54,769 nt of DNA from Methanobacteriota archaeon. Lineage in GTDB: Archaea; Thermoplasmatota; Poseidoniia; Poseidoniales; Poseidoniaceae. Below, piece after piece: positions 9,874-19,885 of the stretch. The stretch's first letter is position 1. Each line of letters opens with the position of its first letter. Under the pieces are notes generated by a model. That model did no database searches. It saw only the letters and a program-made list of their open reading frames with translations, and was not told the DNA's origin. The stretch is from positions 1 to 54,769 of the forward strand of contig JAACDG010000070.1 of assembly GCA_009937025.1 (NCBI GenBank), read 5' to 3'. The translations under genes were made by a program, and so were the position numbers.

Positions 9874-9891
9874 TGTGCCCTATGGGGCACA
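9874..9891 (-). terminator. 7-bp inverted repeat immediately after the gap stop codon (terminator or mRNA-stabilising hairpin candidate)
   Basis: TGTGCCC-TATG-GGGCACA, a few nt beyond the gap stop; no clear U-tract follows. Confidence 0.35.
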
Positions 9892-9895
9892 CAAA

Positions 9896-10933
9896 TCAAA
9901 GATTATTGTACTTTGAAATCGCTGCATCAGTTTTGTTTACTGAAACCAACCAGTCCTCTTCAATTCCGGTCAAGGCCCGAATGGCATCGACATTTTCAGG
10001 AATTACATCAGATTCCTGGTGAATGGCTTGGAAATAGTACAATGTATTCCCTTCGAGTTTAACTCCGTCTTCCCAGATGAAAATTTCATGCAAGTCGCCC
10101 CATTTTCGCCCAATATCTCGAGCAAATTCCATCACTTCTGCTGTCGTGGTAATTCCAGTCTCAGCCCCGTTCATAATGACTAAACGTGGATTGCTTGACC
10201 ACATTTTGAGAATTGATTCAGTCGTCAGCCCATGACCCTCAGGCAAACTCGCCGTAATCACGTGAACGTGCATGATTGTCGTTGGAACAGCAACTGCCAT
10301 TGAATTAATTTGAATTTCTGGCTTCACAGTCATCACATCCGGACCATGGTGCGATGGCACTTTGAGGACAGGCTTGATAGCATTAATCGGGCCTTTGCTT
10401 GAGTCTCCGGGATCTGCGGCTCTCCGAATCATTGTGCATTCAACTTTCAGTTCGCCACAGTGCTCATACAATGGAACCAATGTTCGAGAGAGTCCAGTGG
10501 TATTGCAGGAAACAACACGAGTACCTTGCACATTCAAATTCTCCCTATGGTTTGCAGATGAGGTGTATGACATACCAGTCATTGCATGTTTCTCACCACC
10601 TTGGAATATCCACTTAACGCCTGCTTGGTCATAGGTTTCCTTGTTTGAAGCACCGACTTTTCCAGGTGAACAGTCGACAACAATGTCTGCAATTTTGAGT
10701 AAATCGGATAATCCCCCATGACATGTGTATCCTGCATCTGCGAAAGAAGCGATTCGCTCTGCATCATCGAATGTGCAGTAAAGCGGGTAGCCTTTACGAA
10801 CTGCTAAGTCGCAACCAAACGCTGGACGTGTTTTAGTAACTCCCACAATTTCCATATCGTCTTGAGCGTCGACTGCATCTGCAACTCGCTTTCCGATTGT
10901 ACCGTATCCGTTAATAGCCACCTTGATTGTCAT
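9896..10933 (-). CDS. gap: Glyceraldehyde-3-phosphate dehydrogenase, archaeal type II
   Basis: VAINGYGTIGKRVADAV, VVSCNTTGL (catalytic Cys), PSHHGPDV, QAIHQESDVIPENVDAIRA. Confidence 0.97.
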   Translation of the reverse strand: MTIKVAINGYGTIGKRVADAVDAQDDMEIVGVTKTRPAFGCDLAVRKGYPLYCTFDDAERIASFADAGYTCHGGLSDLLKIADIVVDCSPGKVGASNKETYDQAGVKWIFQGGEKHAMTGMSYTSSANHRENLNVQGTRVVSCNTTGLSRTLVPLYEHCGELKVECTMIRRAADPGDSSKGPINAIKPVLKVPSHHGPDVMTVKPEIQINSMAVAVPTTIMHVHVITASLPEGHGLTTESILKMWSSNPRLVIMNGAETGITTTAEVMEFARDIGRKWGDLHEIFIWEDGVKLEGNTLYYFQAIHQESDVIPENVDAIRALTGIEEDWLVSVNKTDAAISKYNNL

Positions 10934-11064
10934 GGTTCTCAATATACCTGCCTTTGAAGACCCTCTATTAACACATCGTTGAAACGGTGAAAAATATCAT
11001 GGCGGTTTTAACGCTCATACGAAACCTCAATAATTCTACATTTGACACGGGAGGCTATTTGGAT

Positions 11065-12669
11065 ATGGAGCAACAGCCGAGCATCATGGCCGAACCACGA
11101 GAGGTTGTTGAACGCTCTTTCAATATCAACAAGAAACTCGGCCCCAGATTGATTGAAGCAGCCAAACAGGATGCAATTCTTCGCATTGGTTGGACCAGTG
11201 CAGGGGACCCGGTTCCGAAGAACGGAGAACTTGGCCTATGTCCGAACTTGCCTGCAGGTTCTCGAATGCGTGCCCTTGGAATTCTCGGCTCTTGGGTCGC
11301 TGCTTTTGGTAGCGGCGGTCGATTCACAATACAAGGCGATGTAGGTTCTTTCCTCGGTGCCGGAAATCGTGGAAATATCATCGTGTGTGAGCAGCTCGCA
11401 GGAAATTACACGGGTTATGCAATGCGTAGCGGAGAAATTAGTGTATTGGATGGTGTTGGCGATGATGCGGGTGCTATGATGAGTGGTGGATTGTTAATGA
11501 TTCGAGGTTCTGTTGGCGACCGTGTTGGAGGTGGAATGAAAGATGGAATCATTGTCATCCATGGAGATGTTGGCCGCAACCCAGGCGCTGGTATGACCGG
11601 TGGGAAAATTATCATCAATGGCCGATACCCAAGCCGACTTCCTTCAGGGGTAGAACAAAGACTTCTCACAGCTGCAGAAGTCAAATCAATTAATTCTCAA
11701 CTCGGAAATGAAGATATGGAAATTCCAAAAGATGCTGCATGTTTGGTGCCTTCAGAACGTCTTTACATCGAGCAAACTGAAATTCCAGTTTCTTCATCAG
11801 ATTTGTCAAGCATAGGTTTGGTTGCTGGAGATTTGCATCATACAGCACCTTACCAAACCTGCGACATTGCTGTATTGATACCTGAAAAGAGTGAGGAAAA
11901 AGACCCACTCGCATTCCCTTTACCGCTTCTCCCAGTAATTTCGAGTGGTGAATTGCTCCATCCCGCCAATCAAGAGGAATTCGACGTTGCCCAAATTCTA
12001 GCAAAACAACCGTTCATCACTCGAGAACAACCACGACGAATAGATTTATCACTCATCGATACTTCTAATTTAGCAGATGCCCCGGAACTTTTGGAAAACA
12101 GCAGCGGAATGGTTGTCGACCTCGACGACTTACCTGCAATGAATTCTGAAGAAATTGATGGATTTATCGTTGCTACTCGAACCCTCCTAGGGATGAAAAA
12201 ACCTATTTCTTTCCTCAACTCAATATCAAGAGTTGAATCACTGCATGTTCGCTCGTCCCACCATGAAATTGATTTGGCAATAAGTAGAATTGAAGACGGT
12301 TCGGGCATTGCCGAGGCTGCTGCCCTCCCAATGATTGGACGGTCAACTAAATCTCATTTATCAGGCTCTGCAACTCAAACTGGAATACTCCTTGGACTCT
12401 CAGCCAGTGGTCAAGATTTAGCAATTTTACGGGCTTCCGGCATCGAAATGATTTGCTGTGAAGTCCCTATGCAGGACCCTCAAGATTTAGCACATTGGCT
12501 ACAGAGTGTTGGAGATGAATTAACGGCTATTCTTCGACGACTTGGCTTAGATTCTATCGAACAACTTCAACGCCAACATCTACGGGCCCTTGACTACGAA
12601 ACCGCTTCTATCAGTGGATTGCGTCTCGTTGGATATGACCGGCCATTGCCACACTGGTTCGCACGCTGA
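11065..12669 (+). CDS. GXGXG (GltB3/FwdC-like) beta-helix domain fused to a degenerate glutamate-synthase FMN-barrel-like domain
   Basis: Repeated G-D-x-G-x-x-x-G-x-x-M-x-x-G-x-I units; the C-terminus ELTAILRRLGLDSIEQLQRQHLRAL..ETASISGL resembles the GltB2 end. RBS GGGAGG precedes ATG 11065. Confidence 0.7.
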   Translation: MEQQPSIMAEPREVVERSFNINKKLGPRLIEAAKQDAILRIGWTSAGDPVPKNGELGLCPNLPAGSRMRALGILGSWVAAFGSGGRFTIQGDVGSFLGAGNRGNIIVCEQLAGNYTGYAMRSGEISVLDGVGDDAGAMMSGGLLMIRGSVGDRVGGGMKDGIIVIHGDVGRNPGAGMTGGKIIINGRYPSRLPSGVEQRLLTAAEVKSINSQLGNEDMEIPKDAACLVPSERLYIEQTEIPVSSSDLSSIGLVAGDLHHTAPYQTCDIAVLIPEKSEEKDPLAFPLPLLPVISSGELLHPANQEEFDVAQILAKQPFITREQPRRIDLSLIDTSNLADAPELLENSSGMVVDLDDLPAMNSEEIDGFIVATRTLLGMKKPISFLNSISRVESLHVRSSHHEIDLAISRIEDGSGIAEAAALPMIGRSTKSHLSGSATQTGILLGLSASGQDLAILRASGIEMICCEVPMQDPQDLAHWLQSVGDELTAILRRLGLDSIEQLQRQHLRALDYETASISGLRLVGYDRPLPHWFAR

Positions 12670-12678
12670 GGTGAAAGA

Positions 12679-14427
12679 ATGCCAACAATATCCATCGAAC
12701 AAAAATTACTGAGCCAACTTTTGGCCCGCCATGGTTTACAACATGATGTTGAACAAATGGCCTCTCAATTACCATTACTTGGCACTGATATTGATACCTG
12801 TGATGAAAGCACACTCGACATTGAGATTTTTCCCGACCGCCCCGACCTCTTGTCAGGAGAAACTCTGGCCAAAGCGATTCGGCCCTTTTTGCATGGTGCT
12901 AAAAGTGAACCAAGTCTAAACGTAGAAAAGGGTGCAATCCAAATGCACGTCGACTCAGCACTTGAACACATTCGCCCAGTCATATTGGGTGCAGTAGTCC
13001 GAAATGTCGAAACTGGAACGAATGCAGAAGAAAAAGATGAATTTATCAAAGCACTCATGGAACACCAAGAAAAATTGCATTTCGCCTTGGGACGTGGTCG
13101 TAGAAGGGCTTCTATTGGCGTACATGACCTCGCTAAAATCGCTCCACCATTCTATGTAAAAGCGGCACCAGGCTCAACCAGTTTTTGCCCCTTAGCCATG
13201 ACTGAAGAATTAACTCTAGATGAGATATTATCCACTCACCCGAAAGGAATGGATTATGCACATTTGCTTGAAGGGATGGAATCCTATCCAGTTATTTTCG
13301 ATTCGAACAACGAGGTTCTTTCCTTCCCACCAATCATCAATGGCAATCATACTACTGTAAGTCATGCTACATCCGATTTCTTCATCGATGTCACAGGCTG
13401 GGATCGTCGTGCTTGCGAATCGAGCCTCATGCTTATAGCGCTGCAATTGGCCGAACGTGGAGGTCAAATTGAATCGGTTGAAGTCTCTGGTTATGATGGA
13501 AAAATCGAACACCTCCCCATAGCACATCCAATTGAACATCAGGTCACTCAACGGCTTCTTGATGGATTATTAGGCCGAAACCTTACCGATGAAGAAATAA
13601 GTGCTTCAATCAACAGAATGGGTGGTGAATATTTGGGACGAATTCCGGCTACAGAATTCACATCAACAACCGTAACTAAAATGTCTGATGTAGTTGAAGG
13701 CGATTCAATTCTCACTTTTGCAATGCCTCGATGGAGATTTGATATCCTCCACCCGGTTGACTTGGTAGAAGATGTTGCTATTGGACATGGGTATGAGGAT
13801 TTGGGTAATGATGTACCCAAAGCACCACTTACCGCAGTACCACGTGGCGACACGCACATTCGACGCCGACTTCGAGAATCGCTCCAAGGACTTGGTTTCA
13901 TGCAGATTCAATCTTTAACATTGTCAAATGATTTTGACCAATTTGAGGCAATGCGCTGGCCACCAATGGGAGAAGTTACTCGGATTACAAATCCCATCAC
14001 AATTGACCACACATTACTTCGCCAATATCTCCTTCCAGGACTCTTCCGACTCATGGCATCAAACCGCCATCATGATTTGCCCCAAGCGGTCTATGAATTA
14101 GGAACGGTTATTCGCGACCACAAAAATGGAGATCGCTTTGCCTTCCTCGTCGCTGAACAAGGCGGAGGGTTTGCAGCAATCCGTGGACGAATTCAAGCTC
14201 TCTTAAGGGACATGGGCGCAACAGAATATACGATTAAACCATTGAAAGGTACAATGGGCCCTTGGCTTACTGGCCGTTGCGCTAAAGTCGTCATCAATGA
14301 TGTTCATGTCGGCTGCTTTGGGGAGATGGACCCCGCAGTGAGTGCACAATACGAGTTACGCGTGCCTTTGAACGGGGCCGAGTTCGACATCGTTGCTTTA
14401 CGATCTGTACTTCCAGACCCTGTTTAG
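12679..14427 (+). CDS. pheT: Phenylalanine--tRNA ligase beta subunit (archaeal type)
   Basis: PDRPDLLS, QEKLH..LGRGRR.ASIGVHDL, VLSFPPIING, RFDILHPVDLVEDVAIGHGY; RBS GAGGTG. Confidence 0.97.
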   Translation: MPTISIEQKLLSQLLARHGLQHDVEQMASQLPLLGTDIDTCDESTLDIEIFPDRPDLLSGETLAKAIRPFLHGAKSEPSLNVEKGAIQMHVDSALEHIRPVILGAVVRNVETGTNAEEKDEFIKALMEHQEKLHFALGRGRRRASIGVHDLAKIAPPFYVKAAPGSTSFCPLAMTEELTLDEILSTHPKGMDYAHLLEGMESYPVIFDSNNEVLSFPPIINGNHTTVSHATSDFFIDVTGWDRRACESSLMLIALQLAERGGQIESVEVSGYDGKIEHLPIAHPIEHQVTQRLLDGLLGRNLTDEEISASINRMGGEYLGRIPATEFTSTTVTKMSDVVEGDSILTFAMPRWRFDILHPVDLVEDVAIGHGYEDLGNDVPKAPLTAVPRGDTHIRRRLRESLQGLGFMQIQSLTLSNDFDQFEAMRWPPMGEVTRITNPITIDHTLLRQYLLPGLFRLMASNRHHDLPQAVYELGTVIRDHKNGDRFAFLVAEQGGGFAAIRGRIQALLRDMGATEYTIKPLKGTMGPWLTGRCAKVVINDVHVGCFGEMDPAVSAQYELRVPLNGAEFDIVALRSVLPDPV

Positions 14428-14428
14428 A

Positions 14429-14800
14429 TTAGTATGGAGCATACGTACCATCAGACTTTTTCTGATGGGGGACTGAGTCAAATCGGCCATCGGCAAATTG
14501 TTTGTAGTGATATCCATCAGTATGATGAATCCATGTGAACTTTTCAACAGCAGCAGGGGTTGTTGCCGAATCAATGATTCCTTCATAGAATTGAGATTGT
14601 TCTTCAGCACGTTTCACAGTTGTAGCACCGTTGCCAAAAAGAGAGACTGCTGCTTTGTAATCCACTGATTCACGATGGGAATTATCCGCCAATACTTCTT
14701 GGCTGGGATCCGCATCTTTACGATAAACAATCGGTTCAGGTTCAGGTTCATCAAGCATCAGCGGTTGCTTCTTTTTCCCAAAGGGCCAAAGGGGTGGCAT
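14429..14800 (-). CDS. Small hypothetical protein with an aromatic beta-hairpin C-terminus
   Basis: MPPLWPFGKKK start with a plausible RBS; fills the gap between pheT and the divergent gene; C-terminus WIHHTDGYHYKQFADGRF...DGTYAPY. Confidence 0.65.
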   Translation of the reverse strand: MPPLWPFGKKKQPLMLDEPEPEPIVYRKDADPSQEVLADNSHRESVDYKAAVSLFGNGATTVKRAEEQSQFYEGIIDSATTPAAVEKFTWIHHTDGYHYKQFADGRFDSVPHQKKSDGTYAPY

Positions 14801-14893
14801 ACCTTTCCGAGATTCATCTGCTTCATGAAGACTACGAACATCTGCGATGCATACATTGAGTGATGTTGAAGTGCATGATGATATGGACGGGTT

Positions 14894-17320
14894 ATGCGCA
14901 GAGTGTTCATTGTGATGATCCTCCTGCTGCATTCAACGGTAGCGGTTGCTGTTGCAGGTGCTGATTCTTCATCGACACATCCTCGTAGCAGTGAATTGGA
15001 CGTGATTGGGCTCAACCAAATTACACTTCACCAAAATGAATTGGTAGAAGTCTTGTTCACACTGCACAACATTGGTGAAGATGATGATTTCTATTCCTTT
15101 GAACTCGAGTCGGAAGTGAGTGGCTTGAATGCAACAGGTTTGCCGCACACTAAATTCGTTGAAAGCGGATATCTTCGGCAAGTGAAATTTAATCTGACCT
15201 CTGATGCAACTACACCTTTCGGGGTGTATAATTTTTCATTGAACTTTACCTCTCAAAACGACCAAAATTGGCATCAAATCGAAACGTTTCAAGCCCTTGT
15301 GGCGCCTTATTCAAATCTCAACTTTGGGGTGTCGGGAATCTCATCATTTATCGTCACACCAGGAACAAGAACTTCTGTTGCCATGAACATTACAAACAAT
15401 GCCACATTAGAAGATGATATCACCTTCAACTTGTATTCTCAAACGGGGTGGAATTGGGGGTGGACAATGGATTCTACCGAAGGCGTCAACGCATTTGAAA
15501 CGCTCCAACCGGATTCATTGACGTATGTATTTTTGTGGATAGACGTCCCCCCAATTATCGATGGGGCTCCACTTGCAAATACTGGGCCACGATTTCAATT
15601 GAAAGCCGTATCTGGCATAGATGGTGCGATATCACAATGGTCTTTTGACCTTTTAATGGATGATTTCTACAATGTTTCTATTGATTCAGGTGGCGACAAT
15701 CTCTTGCTCAAACCTGGAGGGAATGATCGAATCCCCATCTCTGTTCGAAACACGGGTAATACGCCAAACTTGGTCAATATTACGCTGGAAGCAGTATCTG
15801 AAAATGGTGAGCCAATCGTTGGCATCCCAATCAGTGACAGAATTACATATGAGGGTTGGACAATGGCTCTTTTCGGAGGATTAGAAGGAAATATGCTCCA
15901 ACCAAATGAATCGAGAACTCTTGAAATTGGATTCCAAGCGCCACTGGAATATTCAGGGGACATCGATGTTCGTTTGCGCATCTTTGCCAGCGGTGCGCTT
16001 GCTCGAATGCAAACGATAGATGTCAGCGCATCCATTGATTGGCAGCGAAGTGGGTCTGTGCAATTGCTTACAGATTCATGCCAGTATTTGTTACCAAATG
16101 AAACGTGTGATGCACGTGTTTCAATAGAGAACTCAGGAAATGCGGTTGATAGTTATGAATTCACAATAATACAGGTACCTACATTTGTTGAAGCAGAACT
16201 TCTTCTCTCAACGACTGAAATTGAACCAAATGGTATTGTCGAACTCACTTTGCTTAACATCACTGCAAATGCATCTGCTTATGCTTTTGAATTAGATGAT
16301 GTCGTTGTAGAAATTCGATTACTTAACACAGATACTCTCGTTGGAATTGCTCGAATACCGGTAAAAATAGCTCCAGTTATCAAATGGGTATTCACCGATA
16401 TCGTTGAAGAAATTGACAACCAAGGGCGTCTATCAATCGCCATGACTCTTCGAAATGAAGGGAATACTGCTGACGGTTTATTGGTTCAATTGCAATCATC
16501 ACATTCGACAGACATGTCGTTTATTCCTCCCTTCATAGCCATCTATGAAGAAGACATTGAGTACCCTCGTTCCTTCGAAGTAAGTGATATTCCTATCGGC
16601 TATAATTTCACTGTTCGTGCTTGGGTTGATTTACCAATCGACCAACTGAGTAACGGCACGGTATGGGTTAACACGAGTGTTCGTTCACAATTTGAGCCAA
16701 GTACTCTCTTTACCTACACCTGTCAAGGGGATTACAAAGGAATACCTTGGCAAGAAACAGAGGTGGATGATTCCTTTGACTTTGCTGCTGCACTCAATAC
16801 CGGCTGGGATTTTTTCAAGGCATGGTTTTTGATGTTCTGTGCAGTTTTGTTTTCTGGAGCCATTATTTACAAATCGATTACTGCCCGTAATCAAAGGAAT
16901 CTTGAACAAAAGCAACTCGAGGAATTGTATCGTGAAAAAGAACCTGAAGTTGTTGGGGACTGGATGGATAAATTCAGTGCAACAGATAAACAAGTGCCTG
17001 AAGATACTGCTCTGAAGGTTCATCCAGACCATTTCCAGGAGGCTTTCCAAAATCGAGCAGGAACATACAAGCCGGTCAGTGAGCCGGTCAATCCTGCACT
17101 CACTCAGGCAGCCAATACGGTGTTAGATTTTCATAGTTCGAACGAGTTGCGTTCTTCAGCGGATTCCTTGCTCGAAGATATCCAATCCGGAAAAGTTTCA
17201 GTTCCGCATGAAGGGAATGAAACTCTCAAAACTACTGCACTGGATACGGATGAAACGAAATCTGTTGAATCACAATCGGTTCCTCTCCCGAACACCGAAA
17301 ATGATGACCTCGATATTTAG
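14894..17320 (+). CDS. Membrane-anchored surface protein with tandem Ig-like (COG1470/NEW3-like) domains
   Basis: Signal peptide; repeated LHNIG, ITNNA, VRNTGN, IENSGN, LRNEGN modules; TM AWFLMFCAVLFSGAIIY; charged cytoplasmic tail. Confidence 0.8.
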   Translation: MRRVFIVMILLLHSTVAVAVAGADSSSTHPRSSELDVIGLNQITLHQNELVEVLFTLHNIGEDDDFYSFELESEVSGLNATGLPHTKFVESGYLRQVKFNLTSDATTPFGVYNFSLNFTSQNDQNWHQIETFQALVAPYSNLNFGVSGISSFIVTPGTRTSVAMNITNNATLEDDITFNLYSQTGWNWGWTMDSTEGVNAFETLQPDSLTYVFLWIDVPPIIDGAPLANTGPRFQLKAVSGIDGAISQWSFDLLMDDFYNVSIDSGGDNLLLKPGGNDRIPISVRNTGNTPNLVNITLEAVSENGEPIVGIPISDRITYEGWTMALFGGLEGNMLQPNESRTLEIGFQAPLEYSGDIDVRLRIFASGALARMQTIDVSASIDWQRSGSVQLLTDSCQYLLPNETCDARVSIENSGNAVDSYEFTIIQVPTFVEAELLLSTTEIEPNGIVELTLLNITANASAYAFELDDVVVEIRLLNTDTLVGIARIPVKIAPVIKWVFTDIVEEIDNQGRLSIAMTLRNEGNTADGLLVQLQSSHSTDMSFIPPFIAIYEEDIEYPRSFEVSDIPIGYNFTVRAWVDLPIDQLSNGTVWVNTSVRSQFEPSTLFTYTCQGDYKGIPWQETEVDDSFDFAAALNTGWDFFKAWFLMFCAVLFSGAIIYKSITARNQRNLEQKQLEELYREKEPEVVGDWMDKFSATDKQVPEDTALKVHPDHFQEAFQNRAGTYKPVSEPVNPALTQAANTVLDFHSSNELRSSADSLLEDIQSGKVSVPHEGNETLKTTALDTDETKSVESQSVPLPNTENDDLDI

Positions 17321-17328
17321 GTGAAGTC

Positions 17329-18051
17329 ATGTGGCATGTGGGTATCGATGAGGCGGGAAGAGGGCCTGTTCTGGGTCCACTTGTCGTAGGTGCCGTAGCA
17401 ATGCCATCGGCTGACCTCGAAATGTTGGTTGAACACGGCGTCAAGGATTCGAAAGATTTGACGCATAAGAAACGGGTGGAATTAGTGGACTGGTTTTATG
17501 TCCAAGCCAAGGAACGTGGTTGGAAATTCTCATTGATTGTCTGTCAAGCTGAACGTGTCGACCATGGTGTTCAAACCACTGGATTAAATGTACTTGAGGT
17601 CGAACTTTTTTCCGAAGCTTTGATTGAAATACGACAACAAGTGAAGGAACCACTTACGGTATTGAACGATGCTTGTGACGTGAATGAGCAGCGATTCACT
17701 GACCGAATAGCGGCTCGGATGCCACAATGGCCTTGGGATGATTCATCTATTCATTCAGAACACAAAGCCGACTCTACATATCCAATTGTTGGGATGGCAA
17801 GTATTCTGGCAAAGGTTCAACGAGACATACAAATTCAACAAATTACAGATGAAATCGGACATCCGCTGGGTTCGGGTTATCCAAGTGATCCAAAGACAAA
17901 GGCAGCCTTAGCCATGCTCCTGCTTGAATCAACTCCACATCCGGAACTCCGCTGGTCGTGGAAGACCGTGTCTCGTGCTTGGATGGAGATGTATGGTGTT
18001 GAACCGCCAAAACGCCCTTTTACTGTACAAAATCAAAAAACCCTTTTTTGA
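17329..18051 (+). CDS. rnhB: Ribonuclease HII
   Basis: GIDEAGRGPVLGPLVV, GVKDSK, HKAD...ASILAKVQRD, GSGYPSDPKT; C-terminal PIP-box-like QKTLF. Confidence 0.96.
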   Translation: MWHVGIDEAGRGPVLGPLVVGAVAMPSADLEMLVEHGVKDSKDLTHKKRVELVDWFYVQAKERGWKFSLIVCQAERVDHGVQTTGLNVLEVELFSEALIEIRQQVKEPLTVLNDACDVNEQRFTDRIAARMPQWPWDDSSIHSEHKADSTYPIVGMASILAKVQRDIQIQQITDEIGHPLGSGYPSDPKTKAALAMLLLESTPHPELRWSWKTVSRAWMEMYGVEPPKRPFTVQNQKTLF

Positions 18052-18114
18052 CATAATAGGCGCTCATCAAGCGAGCAGTTGATGAAGCAAAGGCTACAGG
18101 AAAGGTTGAGCCCC

Positions 18115-19827
18115 ATGACTTGGACACCCGATGAAGAAACGCTCACCGCTTTCCGGCACCTTGCTTTGCAAAATGCAATTGAATACGAAGGAAAGGCTGC
18201 CCCAGGTTCTGTCATTGGCCGACTTATGGGGAGTCGAAGTGACTTGCGAGAGCACGGAAAAATCATTTCACCTCTCATCGCTAAAGCAGTGGCAGAGGCG
18301 AATAAAATGGCAGCGGAACAAGGTATTGCTGCTCTGCAAGCAATCTTAGAAGTCGAAGCACCACATCTTCTCGAAAAACGAGAAAAGAAGGAACGTCGAG
18401 AAGGTCTTCCCGAACTCAAAAATGCTGTTAAAGGGAAAGTCGTACTTCGCTTTGCCCCAAATCCAAACGGTCCACTTTCATTTGGCCATGCCCGTGGGAT
18501 TGTCATCAATGGAAATTATGCGAAGGAATGGGATGGGGAATTGATTCTTCGATTCGATGATACCGATACGGTTGTCAAGCCACCGCTACCAGAAGCTTAT
18601 CTGCAAATTCCTGAAGAAGCAGAATGGTTACTTGGTTTCAAACCTCACCGAATAGTCATTGCAAGTGAACAAATGCCGCACTATTATGAACATGCAGTCT
18701 TAATGTTGGAAAGAGGCTTTGGTTATGTCTGCCAATGCAGCGGTGAAGCATTCAAGGAATATAGAGTCAGCAAAACTGAGTGTCCATGTAGAGCGAATGA
18801 TGTTGAGTTAAACCTCGAACTATGGAGCAAAATGACAGATGGCACTTTCGTCCCTGGCGATGCTGTCGTTCGAGTGAAAACAGCAATGGATTTGAAAAAT
18901 CCTGCCCTCCGTGATTGGCCTGCTTTGCGAATTCAAAATACGCAAGAGCACCCACATCCACGCAAATCTATTGGCTCCAAATACCGTGTTTGGCCGCTGC
19001 TTGATTTCCAAAGTGCTGTTGAAGATTATATCCAGGGTGTAACTCATATTATTCGAGGAAAAGACCTCATGGATTCAACTCGTAAGCAAACTTTGCTCTA
19101 TCAGCACTTTGGCTGGACATACCCCGAAACGATGTATTGGGGCCGAGTTAAAGTCCATGAATGGGGTGGTTTTTCAACCTCGCAAATGCGAAGAGACATA
19201 GAGGCGGGATTGTTTTCCGGATGGGATGACCCAAGGTTACCCACATTGACTGCTCTGCGAAAAAGAGGCATAACAGCCAAAGCCCTACGAGATTTTTGGG
19301 TGGAATTAGGTGTGACTCAAAAAGACATTTCAGTTCCACTTTCAACACTCTTTTCTCACAATACCAAAAGTATCGATGATGATGCACCTCGTCTTGCTTT
19401 CATTCGCCAACCTGAAAAATTGCATCTGGAGGGCGAACACCCTTCGAATGTGAGTGTTGAAGTTCATCCAAACCATTCCAGTCGGGGTATGAGAACTTTC
19501 GATGTTTCGAATAAAGCCATTTGGATTGAGCATGAAGATGCTGTCAAAAACGAAGTGCGTCTGAAAGGATTTTCAAACATTGAAATCAACGGCAATCTTG
19601 CTGGAATTGGCTCGATTGAGCGAAACGACCGACGGCCAATCATACATTGGATTCCAGATACAAATGCCACCCCTGCTGTTCTTCTTGTAGCCGAAGATGG
19701 TGAAATAAAAAGATTCGAGGGGTTGATGGAAGCACACACATATCCAGCCGGAACGATGGTCCAACTCGAACGTATTGGATACGCTCGAATCATAGATAAT
19801 TCAACGCTCATCTTCACTCATTCGTGA
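18115..19827 (+). CDS. gltX: Glutamate--tRNA ligase (archaeal type)
   Basis: RFAPNPNGPL(SFGH), LRFDDTD, THIIRGKD, GWDDPRLPTL, QLERIGY. Confidence 0.96.
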   Translation: MTWTPDEETLTAFRHLALQNAIEYEGKAAPGSVIGRLMGSRSDLREHGKIISPLIAKAVAEANKMAAEQGIAALQAILEVEAPHLLEKREKKERREGLPELKNAVKGKVVLRFAPNPNGPLSFGHARGIVINGNYAKEWDGELILRFDDTDTVVKPPLPEAYLQIPEEAEWLLGFKPHRIVIASEQMPHYYEHAVLMLERGFGYVCQCSGEAFKEYRVSKTECPCRANDVELNLELWSKMTDGTFVPGDAVVRVKTAMDLKNPALRDWPALRIQNTQEHPHPRKSIGSKYRVWPLLDFQSAVEDYIQGVTHIIRGKDLMDSTRKQTLLYQHFGWTYPETMYWGRVKVHEWGGFSTSQMRRDIEAGLFSGWDDPRLPTLTALRKRGITAKALRDFWVELGVTQKDISVPLSTLFSHNTKSIDDDAPRLAFIRQPEKLHLEGEHPSNVSVEVHPNHSSRGMRTFDVSNKAIWIEHEDAVKNEVRLKGFSNIEINGNLAGIGSIERNDRRPIIHWIPDTNATPAVLLVAEDGEIKRFEGLMEAHTYPAGTMVQLERIGYARIIDNSTLIFTHS

Positions 19828-19885
19828 ATGTTGACCCAAGGGAAGAATCATAGGACAAAACTCTAACCGGAAAGCAGTGGCGAGT

